DNA from: Diplonema japonicum
Taxonomy: Eukaryota > Protista > Euglenozoa: Diplonemea
Direction of reading: 5' to 3'
Length of the DNA stretch: 64,000 nt
Assembly: GCA_964019335.1 (NCBI GenBank)
Contig: OZ025722.1
Coordinates: 310,001-374,000, forward strand
The notes under the pieces are model-generated. The model was not told the DNA's origin and searched no databases. It was given only the letters and a program-made list of their open reading frames with translations. This document shows positions 1-11,719 of the stretch, piece after piece. Each line of letters begins with the position of its first letter. Position 1 is the stretch's first letter. The translations under genes were made by a program, and so were the position numbers.

Positions 1-3000
1 GCATGGGTCCACGTCGCACTGATCTTCGACGGGAGGTGGAACCTTCTCATCAATGGCATCGTGTCGGGCATGTCACGTGCCGAGGACCCACCTGTTGTTG
101 TCACACGGCCGACCAAAAAATGGGTGCTCGGTGCTTCGTACGTGGGATGCATTGCAGAGCTACGAGTGTGGAAGTACGCACGGGCGCCTGCTGTTATCAA
201 GCGCGACATGAACACGTCGCTCGTCGGCAACGAGTCGGGTCTTGTCTCGTACTACCCTTTGGATGAAGGACAAGGCCGTGTCGTATACGATTGGGCCTGC
301 GGTACACTACGGCAAAACGGATGGATCTCGCGGAAGCCTTCCCCGGTATGGCGTGTGGTTCCCGACTTCCCCGTCGTGCAGAACTCACAGAGGCTTCACG
401 CACATGCTGACATCTCCCCATGGCAGATCTTCTTGCCGTCTATCGAGAGCAGCGGGATGTGCACCAACGGTAGGGAGCTCGCGGTGCTTATACCAGACGT
501 TGAAGATGCGGGTGCTGGGCAACGGCATGGGCTGACGATGTACTTCTCGCTTGAGGACGGTTCGTTGATACCACGGAACGATTTGGTGGCCCCGCCTGTT
601 GACGGTGCATGTCACTTCGACAGGTGGCACAACGGGGTATGGTACGCGTCCATCACGTTCCAGGTGTTATGCTGGTCGCCGAGTGAGTGCGCGGTGCCTC
701 CTCCGCGTTTGGACGCGTCGTACGATCAAGACAAGCCCACCCTTACTGCGTGGGAGACTGCTGTGAGGCTAGCAGATGCAATGAACGACCGTGCCTGCCG
801 ACACATGGACCATGAGTGGCCGGCTGTGTTTCGCGACCTTGCGATCGACCCGAGCGTCAAGATGTTCTTCGTCATTGAAAGCTTGCTTCAATCGCAGTTC
901 AAGACCATCTCCACGGGACGGCGTGCGTCCATCGTCGAGGACGACAGCATCGGGGTGGCATGCCTCCGCTTGCTCAGCGCAAACTTCCGTGTCATAAAAG
1001 CAGCAGGAATCGACCCCAAGGTTTTCGACCTCCGTGTGACTGATAAAAAAACCGGCTTCCTGTTGTATAACAAACTGCTCAGTATCATCGAGGCGCCCGA
1101 CCCCTCACGGGTCATCGACGAAGCTTGCAAGGCGTTCCGCGTGGGGCTGCAACTTTTTTTTAAACCAGAAGACCTGCTTGATCTCCTGAAGGATCTTCTA
1201 AAAAAAGGTGCTGGGGTCTGCAGCAGGGTCCTCGATGCGGTGTGCGGGCACATGGCAGGGTACAAGCAAGCCATCGGTGTTCTAAACACCTTTGACGGGA
1301 AGGAAGAAGAAGTAGAAGAGTTCTTCAGGCTGCTTCTCGATGCTTCTTTCGGCGAGGTGATCTCCGTGAAGGACTTCAGCGACGGCGCACGGCGGGAGTT
1401 CCCAATCACAGACATCGTCGTGACTCTGCAGGCAGCGATACTAGGTGCCGCAATGAAGGGAAAATCTCCGTATTTCTTGCTGATCTATAAACTGCTGTTG
1501 CTTCACGCAAGCAACCTTAAAAGGCTCGCGGAGCACTTCAAAGATCTAGACATCAACACATGTCTCCACGCACTGCGATGGTCGGCTTCCGGCAAGGCTC
1601 TCGGGTACCTAGTGATCTCAGTGCCCGTGATACCGCAGGACGAAATGGGGAAGTACCTAGCTGCATTGAAAGGAATCGCCTTGACACTAGAGGAAGTGTG
1701 TAAGCGGTTCAAGGAAGTCAAGGAAGTGGAGGACCAGTGGTCTGCGAACTGGAATGCGCAGGACCTTATCAGAAACGGTGGCGAACATGGCGTGAGCTCA
1801 TGGGTGTACGTCATGCGGCTGACTGTTGAATGTGTGGCAGCAAGGACGGCAGGGAAGATGATACAAGGTGTGCCAGAGGTGGCAGACGACTGCATCAACA
1901 AATGGGTTGATTCCCCGCTTTTTGCCGGAGGGTTACGTGACCCCACCGCAGGCATGCGGCTCTGCGACGAAATCGTCAGCGGGACAGGAACAGGCGGCGA
2001 GCTCTGGACATTGTTGAAATCTTCCGGCATGACTTCCAATATGGCCGGCCGTCCTGCAGCTGACGCCAACGAGATCGACCTCGCCATGCGGTACCTCTTT
2101 GCCGTACTGGTACGCGATATGCAGCCCAAACCCACCTTGAAGACCGACGCATCAGGGTCCCTCATTATCACAGCGTCCCTCGCTTCCCGGTTCAGCCGAA
2201 CGGAAGCGCTTCAAGGCTGGCTCATGCATATCCGGCATGAGAAGGTGATCCCCCCAGTTCCCTCCTTCGACATCCCGCCACCCATCAACCCCGTCTCGGA
2301 CTCCCCCGCGTCAGCGCTCGACCAGGTTATTGATCGGTGCAAGTTCGTGCTGCGCTTTTATAAGTTCCCCAGCCCCTCTGACAACAGAGTCGTTGTCAAA
2401 GCGCTTATCTCTACCAACTCGATCATGAAGAAAGGGAAGTCGAAGTCCGTGGGGAGCAGCTGGCGGTCCATGTTCCATGGATGGCGTGCTATCAAGAAGC
2501 AGCAGCGGCTGCTGGCGTTGAACTACAAGACGGACGCCACCGACAAAAGCCTCGAAACGCTACTGGAGTTCCTGTCGCTGAAGAGCGTCGATACAGCGTT
2601 GATGGAGAAGGCGGTCCTGGCGAGGATGGAGAAGGGGCGGGTCAGGGAAGAAGGGCTGAACTACCTGCGGGAGGTCATCACGTCAAAGTCGCGACCGGTT
2701 CGAATGGAAGCGTTGAGAGTGGCCTCCGAGATACTATCCCTTGAGCACTACACAAATGGGATCATCTCGTCGGGTCCTGCGATATCAGGCGCCGTTCAGG
2801 AGAGCGTCTACACGCTGCTGAAGGTGGTGCTGGCACCGCTGGCCATCTCCGCACCACCGGAAGACGCCATGTCGCAAGTGCAGTGCAACATGGTGCTGAA
2901 GCTGCTCCACTGCAAATGGGCCGACGTGGACTTTGCGTTTCTTCGTTCCGTGGACCTCCCAAAGGTCCTCTTCGGGCTCTTCTCATTGTGGAACGCCGAT

Positions 3001-6000
3001 GGCAGCGAGCGGCAGGAAACCTCGCAGTCCCCTTGCGGCCGTGCTAATGCAGTGATCGCCTCCAATCTCTTCAGTGCGTGTTCCCTCAAGTCCGCCATGG
3101 CGCTTGCTAGCCACACCCACCCTGGGTTGGGCAACGCGAACTCGCAGTTCTTATCGCAAATTCTAGAATGTATCTCTACAGAGCTCAAGCAGAGCATATC
3201 TGTCTTGCAGCATCATCCGCCGCGGCCAGACGCTTCTAAACATGTGGAGCAGGTAACCTTCTTGCTCACAACCACTGGAAGCATCCTCCAGGGGCTTGCC
3301 CAGGTTTCGCTTGACGGTGTCCTCCTCGCCGACCTGCTCCCCCTGCTTACCCTGTGCGTGCTGCTTCCGTCACAGCACGTCAAGCTCTCCCGCTACGCCA
3401 TGATGAACCTCAAGTGTCTCCTGCCGCATCTCTCGACAGAGCAAGCAGAGCAGGGCATGTCGTTGGTCCCTCTCACGGATACATTCCTCGCACCACAACC
3501 TGTGCCGCAGCCCGTGGGGAGTGGAAAGGCAACGATAGACGCACCCGAGCTAGGCGGCTGGAAAGTCGTGCAGTTCATGTACGAGATTATCGGCGGTATT
3601 CAGCCGGAGACCAGGGACACTGTGGTGGCGAGCGAGGCCTTGGTGTTGTTGAGGCTGCTGTCGACAAAGAGGAACTGGCAGGCCTCCATCGTGGCATGGC
3701 TGAAGTCTGTGCTGAGCGATCTGCCCCCTTTAGAGAAAGGTCTGAACCTTAAAGATAAATCGCTGAAGGCGTTTGCTGTTGCGATCGACGTTCTGGGGGG
3801 CACACCGGAGTCGCTCCGCACGGGTGTCGAGGCAGAGTACTGCCCCAAAGGGTCGCAGATTCGCACCCCTGTTGTAATCATCAGCATCCACAACGACAAG
3901 GCGGTGGTGGTGGGGTCGGACCTTGGTCTGTCATCGGAAGAAAATGAGGTTGACACCAACTGCTTGAGGCTCACCGAGCAAAAGGTCTCAAAAGTTGATG
4001 CTGGCGTGTTCTCATGTTTCCTGTCCTTGGCAGTCCAGCTGGCTCAGACGCTTCTGGCAGCGCCGTCGGGTGTCTGCTCGGTTTTACCACAAGGGTTCCC
4101 AAGCAATCTGGAGCATTGTGTGCCGTTTGTATACATTGTTTCAAAGATGCTGCGATGTCTCGTGGTCCACATGCAGACACCAGTATGCGCTAAGATGATA
4201 TTAGAGCAGCCCATACTCCTGACGTGGCTGTCTGCGCTGTCGAGGGGAAGTGTCTTGGATCCCAGTGATGCGAATGTGTTGGAGAGCAAGTCGCTGTACC
4301 TCCATTCGTTGCTGGATAAGATGGAGCCGATACCTTCCACAGAGGTGGTGCATGTTCCCACGATGAGGACGCCTTCTGCAGAGACAGCTCCTGTACCTTC
4401 CGCCGAAGACGAGAAGGTGCTCAGCGCAAGGAGGCAAGCCGCCATGGAACTCTCGCAGATCTTGCGTGGGTTTGGATTGGTCTTGTGCATGAAGGCTTTG
4501 GAGTTATCACAGGACGACAAGGACAAAGCAGCAGCGGTGTTGATGGATGGTTCCGAAGAGATCGCTGCAGCAGTGGAAGCCGAGGCCGTCAACGAGGAAC
4601 GTAAAAAACACGAAGAAAGTCAAAAGCGGGAACTCCGCAGGGAACAGGCGTGGAACCCCACACCTCTCCGGTACGCCGTTGCCTTCGGGCCGTACGGCAC
4701 AGGGACCGCCACCATCACCCTCCCGCAGGCCCTTCCTCAGTACTTCACCATGGAAATCATCCTCCGTGTGTCGGGTGAGGGAATGTTCAAAAAGCACCGT
4801 CTCCACCCCGACATCACCCCCATCCTGCCTCTGAAAATACTAACGGTGTTCCCTTCATTGGAGCTGACCTGTGGTGACGGGTGTCTCGTATTAAGCTGCT
4901 GCGGTGTGACAGGGACTGTGCCGTACAAGGAGGGATGGGTGCAGGTTGTGGCGGTAGTGAGGGAAGGAAGCGTGGGCATCATCTGCGATGGGGAGAAGAT
5001 CGCAAATGGTGAAGGATCATGCGTAGGGGGCCAGGACCGAGCGACACTGGGACCAGGTCTCCTCGAAGCAGCTTCTGAGCTCCACCCGTCTGTCACGACT
5101 GAGGTGGCGTGCTTGAGGGTATGGAACACAGGGCTGGGCGCTGAAGATGTAGAGAATCTGTCGTCCATGGTGTGCTCTGGGAACACACAGTCAGCTCCGT
5201 GCCAATCCTCGTTGATGGTGTCCTTCACCATGAGTGAGGGTAGAGGCAGCTCTATAGCTTCAGACATCGGTGAGTCAACAGGCGTGCTGGAAAACGTAAG
5301 ATGGTCATGCGTGAGCCTCCCTGCCATGGCGCCTGAGGATACAAGCTACACACCTGACGTGCTGTGCACTGAGGAAAACGAAAGCGACGTACCCCGAACG
5401 GAGTGGGCGTCTACTTATCAACGGGCCAGTGTTGAGAGAGTCTCGCAAGCGTGCTGCCATGCTGATGTGTCGCTTGCTGTGTTGTACGCAAGGGAGGCGC
5501 TTTCAGGAATCTGCTCGGTGATGCTTCCCGAAAAAAGGGCGGAGCTGTACCAGGCAGACGTGTCGCAGTTTTTCAAATACGTCACGCCCGTGCCTTTGAT
5601 GCTGCCGTCGACCTTGGCACGCATGACGAAATTCACAAAGGCTACCGTCAGCGAAGAAGTTGTTGACCACCTCAAGGTTGTGATCCAAGCATGGCTGAAC
5701 ACGTCGCCTTCACACGCGGACATCGGGCAATTTGTCCAAGGGTGTCTTGCGCTGCTTGAGGAGCCTGCTGAGAAGTTCGTGTTTGAAACCCCCACGCACC
5801 CTTACACACCGACGGACGTCATCCTCCAGACGATTGACATCCCTGGTGTCTCGTCGTATCATGTTTCGTTTGACCCTCGCTGCCGCACCCTCGACTATCT
5901 TTACTTCTTCACGGATAGAACGCAGAAGAGCCAGATTGCGAAGTTCCCTGACCCCCAAGGGCAGTGGGGCTCTATCGAGATCAACAGACGCAATTCTTTC

Positions 6001-9000
6001 AGTATAAAGTTCTCCGGCGATGCAGGCGCCCCGTCGTGCTGGGGGTATTTGTTCACAGTGTCCGTCAAAACCCCACGGTTCGAGCTGGCCTGTGAGATGT
6101 TGCTGTACCTTTTGTCGAAGGACGAGGTGTCTGAGTCCGGGATATGCAACAGCTCCTTTGCAGGGCATCTGTCTGCGGCGATGCACCGTGAGTCAGGGGC
6201 TCGACGACACTGCGCCGCCAAGGTTTTATCGGTGCTGTTGGGCAAACGTGCTGCATGCTTTGAAAGGGGCGACACCCCTTTGACAGCACCACTAATATCC
6301 TCGTTAAGAAACGCAGTGGATCGACAAATAGTAAGGGACAGGCCTACCCCTGGAGTGGGCATGCTTAAAGGCCATGCAAGGTACTTACATATAATATCTG
6401 AGCTTGCGGTTGCGGGAGAGATCGCAGAAGCTACGTGGAACAAAAACTGTCCTTTCAACGTCCCAGACACCTCTCTTCAAGACGCGAAAAGAAGATGCTA
6501 CCTCTCACCTGCCATCCGTCCAACGTTAACCGACATGCCGCCGTCGCAGGCGTCCTCGCTTCGCTGCGCTTGCGAAACAACGATAAGAGGAAAACACGTG
6601 CTTCTCTCAGAAGGGGTGTGGAGGACGGCACAGGGAACGACAGGCGTCATGCTAGGGAGATGGTATTACGAGGTGAAGATTCTGTCCCCTGAACCGGTGT
6701 ACATCGGGTGGGCATGCGAGGCCATCGATTCGATCTGCGGGGAGTGCAGTAGATCCTGGGCGTTTTGTGGAAGCAGGGGATATAAGTGGCATGCAGGTGA
6801 GCGAGCCATTTACCCAGACCACGATCAGCACACTAAATGGAAAGGAGGGGACATAGTTGGTGTCATGATCGACTTGTACACGCGGACTATGGTGTACAGC
6901 CTCAACGGGAAGACCCTCGATGCCGCGTTCACAAACATCCCCGCTGTGTTTTATTTCCCGAGCGTTACGGTGGGCTCCTCTTCGGTGGAGATCAATTTCG
7001 GTGAGCGGCAGTTTCAGCACATGCCCTTGGACGGGTATTTCCCTCTTCACGGGGATTCGGGATCGTTGCCCGGAATACCTGTTGCAGAGCTGCTCGCGTT
7101 CAAAAGCGCGTCCGACGCGTTGTGCCACGGGGAAACCCTTCCGGCCTTCTTCGCAGGCTTGGAAAAGGAACCTCCTGTTAACAGAGCCACGCGTGACGGT
7201 CCGGACATCGTGGAGCTTGTTCCCGTCGATGCACGTCCGAAAATCGAGGGGACAAACACTGTTAGAAGCCAAGCAAATTCATGCACGGTGAAGGGCAACG
7301 CACGCGTCTCGAAATCCGGGAAATGGTACTACGAGGCCCTGCTGACATCAGACGGTCTGATGCAACTTGGATGGATCACCGACGGCTACAGCCCTGACCC
7401 TGTCCGCGCGAAAGGTATCGGAGACGACGCTAGGTCCTGGTCGTACGACGGCTGCCGTCTACTCTTCAGGCATCGAAAGGAACAAGCACAAGTCTCCGGT
7501 GGACGAGCTTGGAAGGAAGGTGACATTGTTGGATGCACATTGGACTTGGACGCAATGGCAATGAGGTTCACGTTAAATGGCGACCCGCTGTGCGCACCGG
7601 GGCAATCCCACGATGCTTTCAGAGGATTGATCTCATCGGAGTGGTACTACCCGGCAGCATCGATGGATCCGGACAATGGGCTGTCTTTTAACTTCGGTAC
7701 AGCGCCATTTGTGTACCCTCCTAGTGACTGCACGGGGGTTAGTACATATTGGGCTGTTCACAGTGCGTTGAGATCACCCCCAAAGTTGAGCCTTCCCGAT
7801 GCGATGCCGTTCAAGTCAACTCCACGGGACGACGTTGCAATGATTTCATTTGTGAACACATTGTGCTCCGTTCAGAAGCAGTCGGGCGCGCGTCTGCGAG
7901 AGCTGCTTATCGCGACGAACACGAGTCAGTACGGTTTGGGCGACCACACAGTCGAGGAGCTGCACGGGAGGGTCGTGTTGCTCAGGCATTTCAACCATCT
8001 TTTCAGGCTTGCCTACCCTTACATCGACCTCTCTGACGCAACATCAAAACCTGCTGGGATATTGACAGAAGCTGCTCTGAATGCAAAACCGTTCATCATG
8101 ACATCCACTGTTATTGCTATTCTACATTACAACGTGCAGCATACGAATTCTTTGGTGGAACCCGTGCAGCCGAAGGTTACGTTGAACAGGAGACGTGCGC
8201 AGGCACATCGAGGCGATCCGTCGTTGAGCCCTTCGGGGTCGGCGTCGTTGTTCGGCCAGCTTCATATTCTGCTCTCGGCGAAGCACCTCTCCATGTTCTT
8301 CACAAACCGACGGTTTTGGATAGTGTCCCTGCAAGGAGAAGGCGCGGAAGACGTTGGCGGGCCTTACAGAGAATGCCTTTCCGAAATGTGCAATGAATTA
8401 ATGTCGCCCTCCGCCACACCATTGTTCACCATGTCACCCAACGCAGCAAACAATGTAGGAACCCATCGTGACAGATTGATATTGAATCCAGAAGGTGCGT
8501 CACACCAACATATGTCCATGCTCAACTTCTTGGGACGACTGATGGCAGCGTGCTTGCGAGTCGGCGAACCGCTACCTTTATACATCTCACCCATCGTGTG
8601 GAAAGCATTGGCTGGTGAGCCTCTTGAAATCGAGGATCTCAGGGGGGTTGACAAAAACGCGTTCACAAGCCTGTGGTACCTGAAAAACAGCGAGGAGTTG
8701 ACGGAGGAAACCTTCAAGAGCGTGTACGACGGGGGCTTCACCACGGAAAAATCGAACGGGCAGGAAATCGAGCTGGTTCCAGGGGGTGCAAACCTCTCTG
8801 TGGAGTACCGAAATCGTGATATATACGTTACACTCGCACTGAGGAAACGTTTGATGGAGGCGAAGAACATGATTGACGCGCTGAAGACGGGGTTCTACGA
8901 GATACTTCCGATCAGCCTTGCTCATCTCTGCACGGGGGAGGTTTTGGAAAGCTTGGTGTGCGGGAATCCGGAATGGAATGTTTCCGATCTACGAAGCAGC

Positions 9001-9393
9001 GCGAGGTACGAGGGGGTTTCTCCTGACGACCGGCGTTGTTCGTTTTTGTGGGAGGTGTTGACCGACTTCTCCGAATGCGATCGGGGCTTGTTCCTCCGAT
9101 TCGTGTCTGGTAGAGAACGTGTTCCGGTAAAGCTCAAAATCCTTCCGCTCACAGTCGACAACCCTGACGACCATCTTCCTGTTGCGTCCACGTGTTTCTT
9201 CTGGATTTCCCTGCCGAACTATTCCTCGATAGAAATCATGCGGCAGAAGCTTCTTTACGCCATTCATCATTGCACAGATATAGACACCGATTACAGGGTG
9301 CGTGGAAATGTTGACGAGAACGCCCCGCCCACAATCGGCTCTGTCGACCCTCCCGACGACGATGAGTTTGAGGATTACACGCATTTACTGTAA
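1..9393 (+). CDS. Giant HECT-type E3 ubiquitin ligase (LamG/ConA-like x2, UBA-like, SPRY x2, C-terminal HECT); 5' end lies outside the window
   Basis: Frame is open from base 1 (AWVHVALIFDG, LamG-like). UBA-like motif GFGLVLCMKALELSQDDKDKAAAVLM at about 4470-4545. Two SPRY motifs (GRWYYEV...GDIVGVMID; GKWYYEA...GDIVGCTLD). HECT signature GEGAEDVGGPYRE and catalytic LPVASTCF near the C-terminus. Confidence 0.93.
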   Translation, partial: AWVHVALIFDGRWNLLINGIVSGMSRAEDPPVVVTRPTKKWVLGASYVGCIAELRVWKYARAPAVIKRDMNTSLVGNESGLVSYYPLDEGQGRVVYDWACGTLRQNGWISRKPSPVWRVVPDFPVVQNSQRLHAHADISPWQIFLPSIESSGMCTNGRELAVLIPDVEDAGAGQRHGLTMYFSLEDGSLIPRNDLVAPPVDGACHFDRWHNGVWYASITFQVLCWSPSECAVPPPRLDASYDQDKPTLTAWETAVRLADAMNDRACRHMDHEWPAVFRDLAIDPSVKMFFVIESLLQSQFKTISTGRRASIVEDDSIGVACLRLLSANFRVIKAAGIDPKVFDLRVTDKKTGFLLYNKLLSIIEAPDPSRVIDEACKAFRVGLQLFFKPEDLLDLLKDLLKKGAGVCSRVLDAVCGHMAGYKQAIGVLNTFDGKEEEVEEFFRLLLDASFGEVISVKDFSDGARREFPITDIVVTLQAAILGAAMKGKSPYFLLIYKLLLLHASNLKRLAEHFKDLDINTCLHALRWSASGKALGYLVISVPVIPQDEMGKYLAALKGIALTLEEVCKRFKEVKEVEDQWSANWNAQDLIRNGGEHGVSSWVYVMRLTVECVAARTAGKMIQGVPEVADDCINKWVDSPLFAGGLRDPTAGMRLCDEIVSGTGTGGELWTLLKSSGMTSNMAGRPAADANEIDLAMRYLFAVLVRDMQPKPTLKTDASGSLIITASLASRFSRTEALQGWLMHIRHEKVIPPVPSFDIPPPINPVSDSPASALDQVIDRCKFVLRFYKFPSPSDNRVVVKALISTNSIMKKGKSKSVGSSWRSMFHGWRAIKKQQRLLALNYKTDATDKSLETLLEFLSLKSVDTALMEKAVLARMEKGRVREEGLNYLREVITSKSRPVRMEALRVASEILSLEHYTNGIISSGPAISGAVQESVYTLLKVVLAPLAISAPPEDAMSQVQCNMVLKLLHCKWADVDFAFLRSVDLPKVLFGLFSLWNADGSERQETSQSPCGRANAVIASNLFSACSLKSAMALASHTHPGLGNANSQFLSQILECISTELKQSISVLQHHPPRPDASKHVEQVTFLLTTTGSILQGLAQVSLDGVLLADLLPLLTLCVLLPSQHVKLSRYAMMNLKCLLPHLSTEQAEQGMSLVPLTDTFLAPQPVPQPVGSGKATIDAPELGGWKVVQFMYEIIGGIQPETRDTVVASEALVLLRLLSTKRNWQASIVAWLKSVLSDLPPLEKGLNLKDKSLKAFAVAIDVLGGTPESLRTGVEAEYCPKGSQIRTPVVIISIHNDKAVVVGSDLGLSSEENEVDTNCLRLTEQKVSKVDAGVFSCFLSLAVQLAQTLLAAPSGVCSVLPQGFPSNLEHCVPFVYIVSKMLRCLVVHMQTPVCAKMILEQPILLTWLSALSRGSVLDPSDANVLESKSLYLHSLLDKMEPIPSTEVVHVPTMRTPSAETAPVPSAEDEKVLSARRQAAMELSQILRGFGLVLCMKALELSQDDKDKAAAVLMDGSEEIAAAVEAEAVNEERKKHEESQKRELRREQAWNPTPLRYAVAFGPYGTGTATITLPQALPQYFTMEIILRVSGEGMFKKHRLHPDITPILPLKILTVFPSLELTCGDGCLVLSCCGVTGTVPYKEGWVQVVAVVREGSVGIICDGEKIANGEGSCVGGQDRATLGPGLLEAASELHPSVTTEVACLRVWNTGLGAEDVENLSSMVCSGNTQSAPCQSSLMVSFTMSEGRGSSIASDIGESTGVLENVRWSCVSLPAMAPEDTSYTPDVLCTEENESDVPRTEWASTYQRASVERVSQACCHADVSLAVLYAREALSGICSVMLPEKRAELYQADVSQFFKYVTPVPLMLPSTLARMTKFTKATVSEEVVDHLKVVIQAWLNTSPSHADIGQFVQGCLALLEEPAEKFVFETPTHPYTPTDVILQTIDIPGVSSYHVSFDPRCRTLDYLYFFTDRTQKSQIAKFPDPQGQWGSIEINRRNSFSIKFSGDAGAPSCWGYLFTVSVKTPRFELACEMLLYLLSKDEVSESGICNSSFAGHLSAAMHRESGARRHCAAKVLSVLLGKRAACFERGDTPLTAPLISSLRNAVDRQIVRDRPTPGVGMLKGHARYLHIISELAVAGEIAEATWNKNCPFNVPDTSLQDAKRRCYLSPAIRPTLTDMPPSQASSLRCACETTIRGKHVLLSEGVWRTAQGTTGVMLGRWYYEVKILSPEPVYIGWACEAIDSICGECSRSWAFCGSRGYKWHAGERAIYPDHDQHTKWKGGDIVGVMIDLYTRTMVYSLNGKTLDAAFTNIPAVFYFPSVTVGSSSVEINFGERQFQHMPLDGYFPLHGDSGSLPGIPVAELLAFKSASDALCHGETLPAFFAGLEKEPPVNRATRDGPDIVELVPVDARPKIEGTNTVRSQANSCTVKGNARVSKSGKWYYEALLTSDGLMQLGWITDGYSPDPVRAKGIGDDARSWSYDGCRLLFRHRKEQAQVSGGRAWKEGDIVGCTLDLDAMAMRFTLNGDPLCAPGQSHDAFRGLISSEWYYPAASMDPDNGLSFNFGTAPFVYPPSDCTGVSTYWAVHSALRSPPKLSLPDAMPFKSTPRDDVAMISFVNTLCSVQKQSGARLRELLIATNTSQYGLGDHTVEELHGRVVLLRHFNHLFRLAYPYIDLSDATSKPAGILTEAALNAKPFIMTSTVIAILHYNVQHTNSLVEPVQPKVTLNRRRAQAHRGDPSLSPSGSASLFGQLHILLSAKHLSMFFTNRRFWIVSLQGEGAEDVGGPYRECLSEMCNELMSPSATPLFTMSPNAANNVGTHRDRLILNPEGASHQHMSMLNFLGRLMAACLRVGEPLPLYISPIVWKALAGEPLEIEDLRGVDKNAFTSLWYLKNSEELTEETFKSVYDGGFTTEKSNGQEIELVPGGANLSVEYRNRDIYVTLALRKRLMEAKNMIDALKTGFYEILPISLAHLCTGEVLESLVCGNPEWNVSDLRSSARYEGVSPDDRRCSFLWEVLTDFSECDRGLFLRFVSGRERVPVKLKILPLTVDNPDDHLPVASTCFFWISLPNYSSIEIMRQKLLYAIHHCTDIDTDYRVRGNVDENAPPTIGSVDPPDDDEFEDYTHLL

Positions 9394-9648
9394 AAGGGGG
9401 TTTCCACCCCTCACCCACCGAGATGTAAAAACTTTTTTTTTCTTTCTTGTCTTAAACCCCCCCCCCCCCCCCCCCCTTTAATCCATCTAAACCACATATT
9501 TTTTTTCTTGCTGTCGCTTTTTTTTTTTTTTTAATTTTTATCCTCCCGTTTTCTTCTTTTTTTTTTCTCATTCACAATACAGGAGTTGGAGGGAGAGGGT
9601 CGGGACAACCCAAACACTCCCCGACAATTTAAAAAAAAAAAAAGAGAA

Positions 9649-10962
9649 ATGCCGTACAATCTGTCAATACAAGAAGCAGTGGTAATGTACCCGCTTCCCC
9701 CGGAGAGGGAGTACGTCGTGTACAGAATTGTGTGCAAATGGGGCGAGAAGAGGTGCGTTTCGGACCACAGGTACAGCGAATTCCGCAACTTCCACAAGAG
9801 GATGAAGAAGGTTTCCTGCGGGGAGAGGGGGTGCAGGTACGGCACCGCAGCACTCCCATGGAGGATGGCGACGAAAAAGGCAAACCACACACCCGGCAAG
9901 ATAAAAAAACGCAGGGCCGAACTGGAAAAGTACATTCAAGTTCTAGGCAGCGTACCTCTGTGCAGAGGACACGAGCGAGGCCTCAACAGATTTATCGATT
10001 TGACAAACGGAAGCAGCGTGATGCAAGGCAGTGAAGAGGCAACATTCGTCGCTGGAAAACGGACCGACAAATCTTTCTGGGGGTTCGAACTCCTTAAGAA
10101 AGATCTTGCGCCAGCATACACTGGTCTCTCTATTCAACTACTCGACACCGCTTTCTGCAAAGTCCTCGACGGCAACTTTCGAATAAACTGCCATTCCAAC
10201 CCCGGCACACCTGTTAATCAAATCCGGGAAAAAGTAAAAGAGGTCACCGAAATATTCCAAGGAACGCTGACCCCCACCGCGTTCCCAAGCAGTAATACCG
10301 TGTTTAAACGTATACAAATAGGGTCTAAACAGGAAAGGAAGAAGAGGTTTGTCTCACCGCCTGATTCTCCCACCACACGACGGAAGAAATCTAAGGAACC
10401 GCATCCTTTACACTGTGCTGGGAGTGTGGCCCCGGATAACATCGATGAAATATTTCAATGTGTGTGGAAGGGAAACAACACGCAAGTTGTCCCCATTACC
10501 GACAGGGTTATGAACAGACCGATTGTAAGGTTTCTCGCACCGCTTTTGTACCCGTTAGTCTGCGAGGGACAAATCGTTTCAAAACAAATTTCAATGCAAT
10601 TCTGCCGAGATATTTTGACATGGGCCACATCTTGCCAGTGTAAGGTGGCACTGTCATTGTGTGTAGGGTCCGACCCATCCTCTGTGCTGAGTCATATCGT
10701 GAGTTGTCTACCGGAGCCGGGCGTCGGAGAGCTTCCCACCATCGTGATTCAGAACACAGACTTCTCTTCTAATCTGATTTACGGCGGTCCCGGTCTTTCC
10801 TGCAAACGTCGTGGGTCGCTGGGATCATCGTCTTGTGGAATGTCTTCCGAGGGGCCATCAGTGCCTGATTTGGACACACCACGCTGCGACTATCTCAGCG
10901 TTAAGGTCAACGAGAAGAGCGAAGCATGTTTGAAAACTATAAAACGTGCGAGGAAAAAGTAA
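9649..10962 (+). CDS. PX (phox homology) domain protein
   Basis: N-terminal YVVYRI...HRYSEFRNFHKRMKK...KKRRAELEKYIQ is a PX signature. The first ATG after the poly-A tract is at 9649. Confidence 0.8.
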   Translation: MPYNLSIQEAVVMYPLPPEREYVVYRIVCKWGEKRCVSDHRYSEFRNFHKRMKKVSCGERGCRYGTAALPWRMATKKANHTPGKIKKRRAELEKYIQVLGSVPLCRGHERGLNRFIDLTNGSSVMQGSEEATFVAGKRTDKSFWGFELLKKDLAPAYTGLSIQLLDTAFCKVLDGNFRINCHSNPGTPVNQIREKVKEVTEIFQGTLTPTAFPSSNTVFKRIQIGSKQERKKRFVSPPDSPTTRRKKSKEPHPLHCAGSVAPDNIDEIFQCVWKGNNTQVVPITDRVMNRPIVRFLAPLLYPLVCEGQIVSKQISMQFCRDILTWATSCQCKVALSLCVGSDPSSVLSHIVSCLPEPGVGELPTIVIQNTDFSSNLIYGGPGLSCKRRGSLGSSSCGMSSEGPSVPDLDTPRCDYLSVKVNEKSEACLKTIKRARKK

Positions 10963-11054
10963 TAAAAAAAAAAAAAAAAAAAGAAGAGAAAGAAAATAAA
11001 ATGGAGAGAGAGAGAGGGCTCTTTGTTTGAGTACTCTGTGGGGCTTCGCTCTAT

Positions 11055-11086
<32 letters not shown>

Positions 11087-11443
11087 CCATTACGCTCCAT
11101 ATTCGCTAAGTGACCCGCCCTATGTCCCAAAGGGGTTATAGGGGGCTATAGGGGAAAAAATGTCAAAAATGCCCAAAGGTTCATTGAATTTTTTTTTTCA
11201 AAAAATCCATATGTCGAACATGAAAGAACGGTGAGTTCCAAGGAAGTTCCAAAAAAAATTTTCCAAAAAAAAAATATTGGGGGCCAACCAAAATGACCTT
11301 GGAAGTCGCCATTTTGAGTTTTGGCCATTTTTGCCAAACTTTTGCAACTGGGCACTTTTCCCTTTGAAAAACATGGTTAACAGGGTTCAATCCCAGAAGC
11401 CAGCATCTTCCTGACCAGTAGTTCGGCCGAAAATATTTTCGAA

Positions 11444-11516
11444 GGCATAGTAGTCTAGTTGGGGGGGGGCTTTGCCCTGTACCTAGGCGAAGCGGGTTCA
11501 AACCCCACTCCAGCGG
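11444..11516 (+). pseudogene. tRNA-like (Tyr-GTA-like) relic or SINE head
   Basis: A-box TAGTCTAGTTGG (11451), CTGTA anticodon-like loop, B-box GGTTCAAACCC, then a T-run. Acceptor and D stems do not pair well. Confidence 0.4.
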
Positions 11517-11719
11517 ATTTTTTTAAGGCTCACCACAGGGGAGAAACGGCAGCCTAAACCGGTATTTCCGCGAAAGCTTTTCGTAAGCTTGTGGGAGTCT
11601 AGTTGAGAAAAGTGCAGTTTTGAGGGAAGGACAACTCTTAACATTGTAAGATTGTTAGTCAGTAAGCATAACAGTCCTGTCCTCTGCACTTCGGCCGTAA
11701 TCACCAAATACAAACGGGT

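Noticed and set aside
888-9384. Many antisense ORFs within the HECT gene and other long CDSs
   Set aside because: Expected shadows of GC-rich codon usage; no independent domain signal.
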